Of a stretch of 64,000 nucleotides of DNA, positions 28,245-35,940 are shown piece after piece. Position 1 is the stretch's first letter. The number at the start of each line of letters is the position of its first letter. The stretch spans positions 11,286 to 75,285 of the IMG/VR virus record IMGVR_UViG_3300001336_000010; one strand, given 5' to 3'. The notes under the pieces were generated by a model that was not told the origin of the DNA, searched no databases, and was given only the letters and a program-made list of their open reading frames with translations. This stretch comes from a virus. The translations under genes were made by a program, and so were the position numbers.

Positions 28245-28852
28245 GCTGCTCTCCTTTCGAGAAAGTTGATGATCCGCCAGAAGCGGTCAGCTTGTGGGCC
28301 ATCCCACATCGCGTTGTGGACCCCGCCATTGCAGAGGAAATTTTCCATCAGGCCGATTTCGTCGAGATCCGGATCTTCGATCCGAGCGGCGCACTCGACC
28401 AGTGTTCCGATCTGGTTGTGATCCCAGTCCTCGATCGGCCCCCAGTCCTCGGGGTCAGGCGAGTAGAAGGAAATGAACCCGGAGCGACTGGTGAACCGCT
28501 CCCGACACACGGCCCGGAAGGCTTCGGCCGGCACCATTTCCTGCAGGCGCTCGATATCCTCGGGGGTCAGGTCCACGAAGATCCGGTCGGTCTCGAAGTT
28601 GTATCCCCGCGGCGAGATCAGGCTTTCGAATTTCCCGTCCAGCCCCAGCCATTCGAGGAACGCCGCCGCATACGCTTTGGCGTATTCCAGCCGCGCCGAC
28701 CCGAAGTCAGCGGCGTCGTAGGCCAGGTTGGTCAGGGTGTCAGAGGCCGGGACGTTCTCCAGTGACCGCTCGATCTCATTGTCGAATTCGGCGTCGTGGA
28801 CCGAGCAGTAGAACCCTGAGAAAGGGATCGTGCTGTTAAATGACGCGGACAT
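28241..28852 (-). CDS. Conserved phage hypothetical protein
   Basis: IPFSGFY.S, SPRGYNFETDRIF, FTSRSGFISFY, WDHNQ. Confidence 0.7.
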   Translation of the reverse strand: MSASFNSTIPFSGFYCSVHDAEFDNEIERSLENVPASDTLTNLAYDAADFGSARLEYAKAYAAAFLEWLGLDGKFESLISPRGYNFETDRIFVDLTPEDIERLQEMVPAEAFRAVCRERFTSRSGFISFYSPDPEDWGPIEDWDHNQIGTLVECAARIEDPDLDEIGLMENFLCNGGVHNAMWDGPQADRFWRIINFLERRAA

Positions 28853-29117
28853 AGTAGGTCACTCCTCTCAGTTCGGCGTAGTGCCAGTCGAATTGGAAAT
28901 ACTCGCGGACCGCCGACTCCCAGTCGATGTGCTTGAAGAGCCAGTTGTCGTCGGTCAGCTCACTGATCGACTTCAGGTAATCAGCCCGCTCGTCTTCAGC
29001 GATGAGTTCGGCCCCGTGGTCCCATTCGCAGTAGGGCCGCAGCTCGTCCCGGAAGGCGATCAGCTCTTCGAGATCGACGTCGTCGTCGATTTCAAGATCG
29101 ATGTGCTTACTGTTCAT
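28836..29117 (-). CDS. Hypothetical acidic protein
   Basis: IDWESAVRE..G.TYYVR. Confidence 0.6.
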   Translation of the reverse strand: MNSKHIDLEIDDDVDLEELIAFRDELRPYCEWDHGAELIAEDERADYLKSISELTDDNWLFKHIDWESAVREYFQFDWHYAELRGVTYYVRVI

Positions 29118-29409
29118 CTTGCGACCTCGCCCAATCCCAGTATCCGAGGCGCGTGTCGCCGTTGGAGACTTCGTAAATCCAGTCGTCGACGGGTTGGTTG
29201 GGGTGGTCGTCCCAGATCGACCCAGAATTGACGACCCGGTCGAAGTAGACCTCCAGTCGCCAGGTATCGATCAGGGACTCCGGGCGGAGGAAGCCGGCAC
29301 CGAAGAGCTGGCGCTGGATCGCGATGCGGAGGTCGATTGCGTCCTCCTCAATATCAGGGGTCGCCTCCATCTCCATGTAGATGTGGGCTTCAAGTGTATG
29401 GATGGGCAT
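29107..29409 (-). CDS. Hypothetical protein
   Basis: DWIYEVSNGDTRLGYWDW; ATG 29409 after GGAGGAT. Confidence 0.65.
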   Translation of the reverse strand: MPIHTLEAHIYMEMEATPDIEEDAIDLRIAIQRQLFGAGFLRPESLIDTWRLEVYFDRVVNSGSIWDDHPNQPVDDWIYEVSNGDTRLGYWDWARSQDEQ

Positions 29410-29586
29410 ATGATCCTCCATCGGATGCAGTGGTTTAGTCCTCGAGAATTTCCCGGACTTTCTTCAGGGCGCGGCGCGTTCCAGTGTTGGGTATCGGCCC
29501 AGCAGGAAAGGTTTCGTGTCGTTCGACACGTGATCCTCCATCGGATGACTTGCTTTTGGTAGTAGCAAGCCGCTAGGCTTGCTGCT

Positions 29587-29817
29587 CTATCGGATATGTG
29601 TCGAAGAGATTGCATGCTTGCAGCACGACCCGGAACTTTTTCGGCTTCGGTGGTAGGAAATGCCATTCGAACCGGGTTCGCGGTTCGGCCTGGAGGAAGT
29701 GCTGGATCCCCTCGGACAGGCTGCGCCACCGATGCAGCAGACCGTGCCACAGTCGGCTTTGGGTTTGTGGTGGGTGGCCTTCAGATACTCGTCGAACGTC
29801 TCGAGGTCCGGTTGCAT
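29587..29817 (-). CDS. Hypothetical protein, possibly a truncated fragment
   Basis: CGTVCCIGG motif then low-quality sequence. Confidence 0.4.
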   Translation of the reverse strand: MQPDLETFDEYLKATHHKPKADCGTVCCIGGAACPRGSSTSSRPNREPGSNGISYHRSRKSSGSCCKHAISSTHIR

Positions 29818-30293
29818 CAGATCAGTCCTTTGCTTCTGAATGAGGTTTCGGTGCCCTTGCCGACGATGATGTGGTCATGGACCACGATCCCGAGCGTCTC
29901 GGCCGCGGCCACGATCTGCTTGGTCATTTCGATGTCAGCAGGGCTGGGTTCGGGATTCCCCGACGGATGGTTGTGGATCAGGATCACCGCCGATGCGTTC
30001 AGCAAAAGTGCAGTACACATGATCTCGCGAGGATAGACCGGGACGTGGTCAACGGTTCCGGTGCCGTGGTGGTGGTCCTTGATCAGCCGGTTGCTGCGGT
30101 CCAGATACAGGACGTGGAAATTCTCGAGGGACGCCTGATAGGTGACCTGGCAGTAATCCAGCAGCCGGTCCCAGGAGGTGATCACTGGCCGCGAGTTGAG
30201 TTCCCGGGCCAGCTCGGCCCGGACTTTTTCCATAAGCTCGGTCACCATGACGTTGCCCCATTTCGAGGCGGTCTCGACGAGTTTCCGGGTCAT
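29817..30293 (-). CDS. RadC-like JAB domain protein
   Basis: ENFHVLYLD..N, GTVDHVPVYPREI, HNHPSGNPEPSPAD, HDHIIVG. Confidence 0.9.
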   Translation of the reverse strand: MTRKLVETASKWGNVMVTELMEKVRAELARELNSRPVITSWDRLLDYCQVTYQASLENFHVLYLDRSNRLIKDHHHGTGTVDHVPVYPREIMCTALLLNASAVILIHNHPSGNPEPSPADIEMTKQIVAAAETLGIVVHDHIIVGKGTETSFRSKGLI

Positions 30294-30586
30294 TTGAGCG
30301 TCTCCAGTCTGAGATCTTCGAGGGCGTATTCGAGGGCGCGCATCTTGGTCAGCACATGCTGGGCTCGGTCCTGCAGCAGATCTTCGGCTGCGGTCTCGAT
30401 CGCCTCGTTCACCATCTCCTCGAAGACCCGGATCGGGATCTGGACGTTGTTGATCCAGACCTCGGCGGTCAGTGTCTCGCTGTTCCGCCACTCGGGGGTG
30501 TCCGCGATCTCGATCGCGGTCTGCCGGTCCTGCATGGCCAGGTGGGCCACCAGGATGCTGCTGATCTTGGATCGGGTCATTGTCAT
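30290..30586 (-). CDS. Hypothetical protein
   Basis: ATG 30586 overlapping upstream stop. Confidence 0.6.
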   Translation of the reverse strand: MTMTRSKISSILVAHLAMQDRQTAIEIADTPEWRNSETLTAEVWINNVQIPIRVFEEMVNEAIETAAEDLLQDRAQHVLTKMRALEYALEDLRLETLK

Positions 30587-31461
30587 TCGAAGATCTCCTC
30601 GATGCAGTCGCTCAGGTCGAAGTCGGGATCGGGCTCCTCGCCGTTGGCCCATTGGGAGAAGATCTCGACCTCAGCCTTCAGGATGAGTTCAATTTTTGAA
30701 CGGAGCTTGGGCGCGATCCGCTTGACGCCGTATTCCTTGCGGACGTCGGAGCGGGAGACGTAGATGTAGCCGGTCTGGCCACTGTCCCCTGGGCAGTGGA
30801 AGCCCGTGGTGTTGAACGCGACCCCGCCGTGCTCGTAGCGGTAGACCGGGAGCCAGATGCAGTCGCTCAGGTCGAAGTCGGGATCGGGCTCCTCGTCGCC
30901 GCAGTGGCGGATTGCCAGGGTGCCGAAGTTGCATGAGAATGTCATCCTTCCATTGGTGTGGGGGGCGAAGCTGCGGGCGTCTTCGAGGCCGTCGCAGTAA
31001 TCGGAGCAGTGGAACGGATCGGTCAGAACCACTTGGTTGTCCGAAGGGCGGCACATCCAGTTGTGCCGGTGGCCATCGAACCAGAATGGTTTCTGGTCTT
31101 CGCGCCGGCCGGTGATGTCCCACATGACCTGCTCAAGCTCGGTCCCGAAATCGACCCCGTCGATATCGTGGTAATCCATCAGGTGCATGAACCCGGTGCG
31201 GGAGACGTGGTCGATCCTGGTCAGCTCCTCCATCACGGCCAGGAATGTGTTCGATCTGAAATCGACATGGACCGCGTGGATGCGAGGCATCCAGGGGTAG
31301 GGGGAGGGGTGCGAGAGGCAGTATCCGGCCCAGTAGAGCCAGCAGTCCCGACTGGCGTTGACGCCGCGTTTGACCACGGTGCCGGGGGTGGTGCCTTTGT
31401 AGACGTGGGCATAGCTGCCGGATCCAGTGCGGTTTTCGGGCTCATAGGTGAAATCAAACAT
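30583..31461 (-). CDS. T7 gp0.7-like protein kinase fused to a fragment of a second phage protein
   Basis: GSGSYAHVY Gly loop, VVKR, AVMEEL, DGHRHNWM catalytic loop, VLTDP; C-terminal part unrelated. Confidence 0.72.
   Translation of the reverse strand: MFDFTYEPENRTGSGSYAHVYKGTTPGTVVKRGVNASRDCWLYWAGYCLSHPSPYPWMPRIHAVHVDFRSNTFLAVMEELTRIDHVSRTGFMHLMDYHDIDGVDFGTELEQVMWDITGRREDQKPFWFDGHRHNWMCRPSDNQVVLTDPFHCSDYCDGLEDARSFAPHTNGRMTFSCNFGTLAIRHCGDEEPDPDFDLSDCIWLPVYRYEHGGVAFNTTGFHCPGDSGQTGYIYVSRSDVRKEYGVKRIAPKLRSKIELILKAEVEIFSQWANGEEPDPDFDLSDCIEEIFE
30601..30895. repeat. 40-bp exact direct repeat (30601-30640, 30856-30895)
   Basis: GATGCAGTCGCTCAGGTCGAAGTCGGGATCGGGCTCCTCG twice (EEPDPDFDLSDCI). Confidence 0.92.
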
Positions 31462-31933
31462 CGATGATCTCCAGATTTTGGCGACACCATGCAGGGAGGC
31501 GCACAAGTCGGCTGGTGGTCTTGGACCTGTAGGTGGCACGGTGGTGGTGGACGAAATCCGTCCCCCAACCCGGTGCGGGTTCGGGGATGCGGATGGTCTG
31601 GCCGGGTTTGGGCTTGGGTCGGTTGTTCCAGGTGCGGGACCGTTCGCGGAACTCGACGGCATGCTCGTTGTGCGGCGGCGGGGCCAGTTTGAGGATGGTC
31701 GGGGGGCACCGGCAGTATTGCGGGGCCGGCCCCATGGTCTCGTCCATGTCCTTGTACATGAACTCGCCGCGGTATCGCTGGGTCAGGATCACGATGATCG
31801 GGAGGTCAGTAGCCGCGGCGAACCAGACGCTGCCCACCTTTTGCAGGCGCAGCAGATCGTGGTTGACGAAGAGGGTCTCGATGAATGCCTTCTCATCGAA
31901 GCAGTAGGGAATGTTGAAACCAGTCCAGCCCAT
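31454..31933 (-). CDS. DUF6927-like protein
   Basis: MGW..., YKDMDETMGP..CP..IL.L..HAVEFRER. Confidence 0.65.
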   Translation of the reverse strand: MGWTGFNIPYCFDEKAFIETLFVNHDLLRLQKVGSVWFAAATDLPIIVILTQRYRGEFMYKDMDETMGPAPQYCRCPPTILKLAPPPHNEHAVEFRERSRTWNNRPKPKPGQTIRIPEPAPGWGTDFVHHHRATYRSKTTSRLVRLPAWCRQNLEIIDV

Positions 31934-31934
31934 G

Positions 31935-32354
31935 TCAGTACTCCGCTCTGGTGTTGACGTCTTCGACGGCGTGGATGTCGTCGAGGTTGATCTCGCTGAT
32001 CACCTCGCCCGTGGCGTCGATCGCGATCGCAGCTCCCGTGAGGTAGCGGAGCTTCTCGTTTCCGACTTCGATCCAGACGAACAGCCCGCCGGGGTCGTCG
32101 GCGAAGGCCAGGTGGACGACGTCCAGCAGGCTCAGGTCTTCGTCTTCGGTGTAGGAGTGGCCGAGGATGCCGAGGAAGTCGGCATCCTCGGCTTCGGGCA
32201 TAATGGTCGGGGTGCCATAGGGGTCGACACTGAGGATGCAGTTCAGATCGCCCTTGCTCGGGGTCTGGATCGGGAAGAGCATTTGCAGTGCGTCAAGCTT
32301 GACGGGATCGAACCGGACATAGTTCGACCGGGCAGTTGCGTCGTAGTTGGCCAT
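31935..32354 (-). CDS. Hypothetical protein
   Basis: MANY.ATARSNY..EVGNEKLRYL.G.A. Confidence 0.7.
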   Translation of the reverse strand: MANYDATARSNYVRFDPVKLDALQMLFPIQTPSKGDLNCILSVDPYGTPTIMPEAEDADFLGILGHSYTEDEDLSLLDVVHLAFADDPGGLFVWIEVGNEKLRYLTGAAIAIDATGEVISEINLDDIHAVEDVNTRAEY

Positions 32355-32358
32355 GGGA

Positions 32359-32667
32359 TCAATCCTCCGCTTGCTGTGTGGGGGTAGTCGGGTGGCTCAG
32401 GTAGGGTGGCCTACGAATGAGCGAGATGGCTCTGTGCGAGCCTTTCCGGGCCTCCGACGGATAGGGTTCCTGCAGTCCACGGTTCCAGACGTTGACGTCG
32501 TCATTCATCCACGGTTCGAAATACCCGTCGGCCATGAGGTGGCCGATAGCGCAGGCGTGGCCTTCGGGGGTACGGTAGACGCAGTTGTTGTGGTCGCCCT
32601 TTGCGAGGGCGTTCTGGGTAATGACGCCAGTCACGGCGATGTCGAAGAACTTCTGGAATTTATGCAT
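32359..32667 (-). CDS. Hypothetical protein (C-terminus runs into repeat)
   Basis: CVYRTPEGHACAIGHL motif. Confidence 0.55.
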   Translation of the reverse strand: MHKFQKFFDIAVTGVITQNALAKGDHNNCVYRTPEGHACAIGHLMADGYFEPWMNDDVNVWNRGLQEPYPSEARKGSHRAISLIRRPPYLSHPTTPTQQAED

Positions 32668-32882
32668 CAGATTACTCCCATCATGATGGCTGCAGATTGG
32701 CAGGAATTGGTGCCACAGGACTCGCACCATCCAGCGTCCTGATCGGGTTCGAACTCGGTCGAGTAGTCGCAGTCTTCGTTCATGCAGATTGCTGGCATGA
32801 CTCCGTCGAAAACGTAGTCTTCGACCATTTCTTCGGGGGTGGCGTAGCCCCAGTCGCGGGCCAGGGTGTTCAGTTTGTCCAT
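32667..32882 (-). CDS. Small zinc-finger-like protein
   Basis: CMNEDC..EPDQDAGWCESCGT. Confidence 0.7.
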   Translation of the reverse strand: MDKLNTLARDWGYATPEEMVEDYVFDGVMPAICMNEDCDYSTEFEPDQDAGWCESCGTNSCQSAAIMMGVI

Positions 32883-32938
32883 GGGATCAATCCTCCGCTT
32901 GCTGTGTGGGGGTAGTCGGGTGGCTCAGGTAGGGTGGC

Positions 32939-33319
32939 CTACGAATGGGTGATGACGTTCTCAGAGAGGCGTTTCATGGTCGCCTCGAGATCGGGCAGTA
33001 TCGGGGAGCCGATTTCACGGCCGGTTTCGATGAGATCAGCCAGGTTGCGCTGGAAGTCGCGTTCACGGGCGGCGAGGGGCGTTTCCTGGTCGAGAACCCA
33101 CTGACGCAAGGTTTCGAGGGTCTCAGGGATCCTCTCGCAATCGAGGGCGTATAGGACGGGGCTGCGGATCCGCTTGTTGTTGCGGTCCATCTCGATACTG
33201 ATGGCGAAGGGCTTGCCACAGAAGTTGAGGTAGGGGGAGGTCTCGACGCGCTTGAAGCCCAGCTCTACGGCGAGGGTTTCGAGGGCCTGGACACGGTTGA
33301 GTAGCGTTTGAAGTTCCAT
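32939..33319 (-). CDS. Hypothetical protein, first gene of leftward early operon
   Basis: ATG 33319 after GGAGGAT. Confidence 0.7.
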   Translation of the reverse strand: MELQTLLNRVQALETLAVELGFKRVETSPYLNFCGKPFAISIEMDRNNKRIRSPVLYALDCERIPETLETLRQWVLDQETPLAARERDFQRNLADLIETGREIGSPILPDLEATMKRLSENVITHS

Positions 33320-33389
33320 GATATCCTCCATCGGATGGTTAGATTTGCAGTGCAAGTTTTGCAGTGCGCGATTGGCGGGGGTGGTGTCA

Positions 33390-33480
33390 GGCGCAGCACG
33401 TCATGCCGGGTAGGGTATGTCCGGCGCAGCACGTCATGCCGGGTAGGTATGTCCGGCGCAGCACGTCATGCCGGGTAGGG
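33390..33480. repeat. Tandem repeat, about 2.8 x 32-33 bp
   Basis: GGCGCAGCACGTCATGCCGGGTAGG(G)TATGTCC units. Confidence 0.92.
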
Positions 33481-33548
33481 TTCGATCATTTCTGGAAATC
33501 GAACAGAGGGTTGTAGGGTTGTAGGGTCGGGTTCGAAGGCGAAGTCTC

Positions 33549-33790
33549 AGGGGTCTACTTTCAATTCTCTCTATTAACTTTAATTTAATTTCTAGAAATC
33601 GAAAAATTTCACCAGAGACTAAAAAAAAGTAGACCCCTTAAACTTTTAACTTTCTCTCTTCTTCTCTTCTTTTTTCCTTGACTGATCTTCTTAGAAAGAA
33701 GAAAAGAAGAAATATATAGAGAAAACAGCAAAAAAGCTATTAAAAACAAGAACTTATAAGCCGTTCTTAAAGTTGCCATTTCCGGAAATT
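33549..33790. promoter_or_regulatory. AT-rich control region with 90-bp dyad (candidate origin / packaging site / early promoter)
   Basis: AGGGGTCTACTTT and AAAGTAGACCCCT symmetric about ATTTCTAGAAAT; lowest-GC stretch of the window. Confidence 0.6.
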
Positions 33791-33951
33791 GACAGGATGT
33801 CGCAGGCAAATCGTCCAACCCTGTTGGTATCCCACGAACTCTTTTTGGCCGATGTTCACGTTTTGTCTCGCGAGAGCGTGACCTCTCCCGGCCGAACCCG
33901 AGCCCGAACCAGAACACTTTTCGAACCCGACTGGTATCCAGAAGCACCAAA

Positions 33952-34140
33952 TCACGATCTGCCTCGCGGGGGCGTGAGCCCTTCTGGTCGCTTGTCGGTG
34001 TAAATCACATACAACTCTGCAATCAGAGCGAGTGCGCCGAGAACCACGAACATACCTGAGACAACCAAAGCCAACCACAGTATCGTGTCGGGCAAGCCTT
34101 GGTTCAGACCAACCAGTTCACCTGGAATTGTTTCTCGCAT
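33952..34140 (-). CDS. Small membrane protein
   Basis: GAGGAG RBS; hydrophobic ILWLALVVSGMFVVLGALALIA. Confidence 0.55.
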   Translation of the reverse strand: MRETIPGELVGLNQGLPDTILWLALVVSGMFVVLGALALIAELYVIYTDKRPEGLTPPRGRS

Positions 34141-34493
34141 AGTTTTTTCTCCTCATAGTTGCGAACCCGCACCAGAAACTGGCTCGGGTTCGAGGGTTCA
34201 AAATTTGAACTCGGGGAAAAAAGTCGGAATTTTCCTCTCGCGGATACTCCGGCTTTTGCATACGCGCGTCTGCGCGCCCCTGGGGGTGCCCGGAGGGCTG
34301 CTAGGTAGCAGCCCACCGCTTGCGTGGCCCTTCGCCACGCGGCGTATATTCGCGCCTTGTGCCGGGTTTGACCCTGACAGGCGGGGCGGGATCCGGCATG
34401 GCCACGGGCACAGTATCCCGCCAATGGTCACGGATCGCGCGTGCCGTCTGACCAACCTTTTTAGGGTTGGCCAGCGTTGGCAAGGCGTATAGG

Positions 34494-35180
34494 TCAAGCG
34501 GCATTGGCATCGGCCAGCAGAGCCGCGCGGCGCTCTTGCTCGGCTTGTGCCGCGTCAATCAGACTGGCCAGCGCCTCATCCGACAGGCCGGACAGGTCAG
34601 GTGCGGCCATGGGCTGGCCATTGTCTGACTGGTCAATCGTGGCGATTGCCCTGGCGATAACCGGCTCATCAAGACCCATGGAAAGCAAGCCAGTTGCGCT
34701 TTGCGCCGCGCTTTCCATGGCTTCCACCGCTTCCGCTTTCTTGGCTTCCGCTTCCGCTTTCTTTTCATCCTTCATTTTTTGCGCATGGTTTGCGTCGCCA
34801 TACTTGGCCCAATCGACCAGCCGCAAAACAGACCCGGCGTCGCTGGCTTCTGCCGCGAAAAAACAGGCCTGAATAAAATGTTGCACACTAGTATACTCGC
34901 TGGTCAATTCGGCCGCGAATAGGTTACCGAATTCTTTTGCAATGGCCATGGCTTGGCTTGCTTTGGTGCTACACTCACCCTTGCCCCGGCCAGCAGCGGC
35001 CAGCGCCGCGCGGATATTGGTTTGCATAGTGGCGGGTTTAACATCACCCAGCATTGTTTCGCGATAGGCTGTGAAGGAGAGCCAGATCATGCCGCGCATA
35101 GCCAAGCGTGATCCCGTGGCGGTCTCGCTTGCGCCCGTTGCCAGCAACGTTTCTGTAGTCGTGTCATAAAGCATGTTCAT
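34494..35180 (-). CDS. Ala-rich hypothetical protein with atypical codon usage
   Basis: AAAGGA RBS before ATG 35180; long ORF. Confidence 0.7.
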   Translation of the reverse strand: MNMLYDTTTETLLATGASETATGSRLAMRGMIWLSFTAYRETMLGDVKPATMQTNIRAALAAAGRGKGECSTKASQAMAIAKEFGNLFAAELTSEYTSVQHFIQACFFAAEASDAGSVLRLVDWAKYGDANHAQKMKDEKKAEAEAKKAEAVEAMESAAQSATGLLSMGLDEPVIARAIATIDQSDNGQPMAAPDLSGLSDEALASLIDAAQAEQERRAALLADANAA

Positions 35181-35445
35181 TGTGTTATTCCTTTGTCTGT
35201 GGTGGTTCAAAATTTGAACCTGTTGCAATTTGGACACAGCTCCGCCACCCCCCTCGCGGGGCTGCGTGTGTGTCCGGTTTGGTTCGGAGGCTTGCTGGGG
35301 ACGAACCCCGGCCCGAGAACCTGGCACCTGTATGAGCCTTTATAGGGGCAGCGTCATTCTGGGGGGACCACCGTGCCCTATTCAGTCCCCGGAAAATTTT
35401 GAGATTTCACTTTTAACCAAAGTGAACCACCTCTATACTCCTGGT

Positions 35446-35628
35446 ATGAAATGTCCTCATTGCTCCAACGACTTGTCGCCGACCGCAAAGAGCTGCCCTC
35501 AATGTGGTCACGTAATCGAGCCGTCACTCACGGACCAGATCCTTGCACCACCCGGCGTGGGTTTCGCGATCTTCTGGGGAATTTGCACGTTGCTATTTCT
35601 CTGGGTGCTTTTCTCGGCTGTGGGCTGA
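35446..35628 (+). CDS. Zinc-ribbon membrane protein
   Basis: MKCPHC..CPQCG plus C-terminal transmembrane segment. Confidence 0.7.
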   Translation: MKCPHCSNDLSPTAKSCPQCGHVIEPSLTDQILAPPGVGFAIFWGICTLLFLWVLFSAVG

Positions 35629-35810
35629 AATGAAACTGACGCACCGCGAGAAATGGTTCGTGGACCAAAGTCTTCGAACCCGAACCTATTTGAACAGGCT
35701 CGGCATCAGCGCCACGAGAGGCTTATCTCGTGGGGCTGGTGCAAAAGATGCCCCTTAGAAGGGGTTTCACTAACCCCACTGGTTTCGAGAACACTCGGCG
35801 CATAATTAAG

Positions 35811-35833
35811 GGGGTGTCCATTTCGGACACCCC
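35811..35833. terminator. Hairpin between convergent genes
   Basis: GGGGTGTCC-ATTTC-GGACACCCC. Confidence 0.5.
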
Positions 35834-35940
35834 TAGTCTTGTAAGCCCCATGGCATCCGATAGAGGATCCTAAGAAGGCGATCGTCTACGAACCCTGATC
35901 TGTTGGACTTTGATGGGTTCGTAGACATCCGCGTAGACGG

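Larger units (their letters stand above)
32351..32947. repeat. 69-bp exact direct repeat (32351-32419, 32879-32947) containing RBS and start codon
   Basis: CCATGGGATCAATCCTCCGCTTGCTGTGTGGGGGTAGTCGGGTGGCTCAGGTAGGGTGGCCTACGAATG twice. Confidence 0.93.

Noticed and set aside
33390-33480. 33-bp repeats as a CRISPR array
   Set aside because: Units are adjacent with no unique spacers and no cas genes
33609-33950. 113-aa ORF across the AT-rich region
   Set aside because: Low-complexity translation of a regulatory tract, no RBS
34150-34210. GGTTCGA T-loop-like sequence as tRNA
   Set aside because: No cloverleaf could be built; no tRNA recognised anywhere in the window
35855-35868. ATCCGATAGAGGAT as another SD hairpin
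   Set aside because: On + strand with no start codon 3 nt downstream; left out of the count
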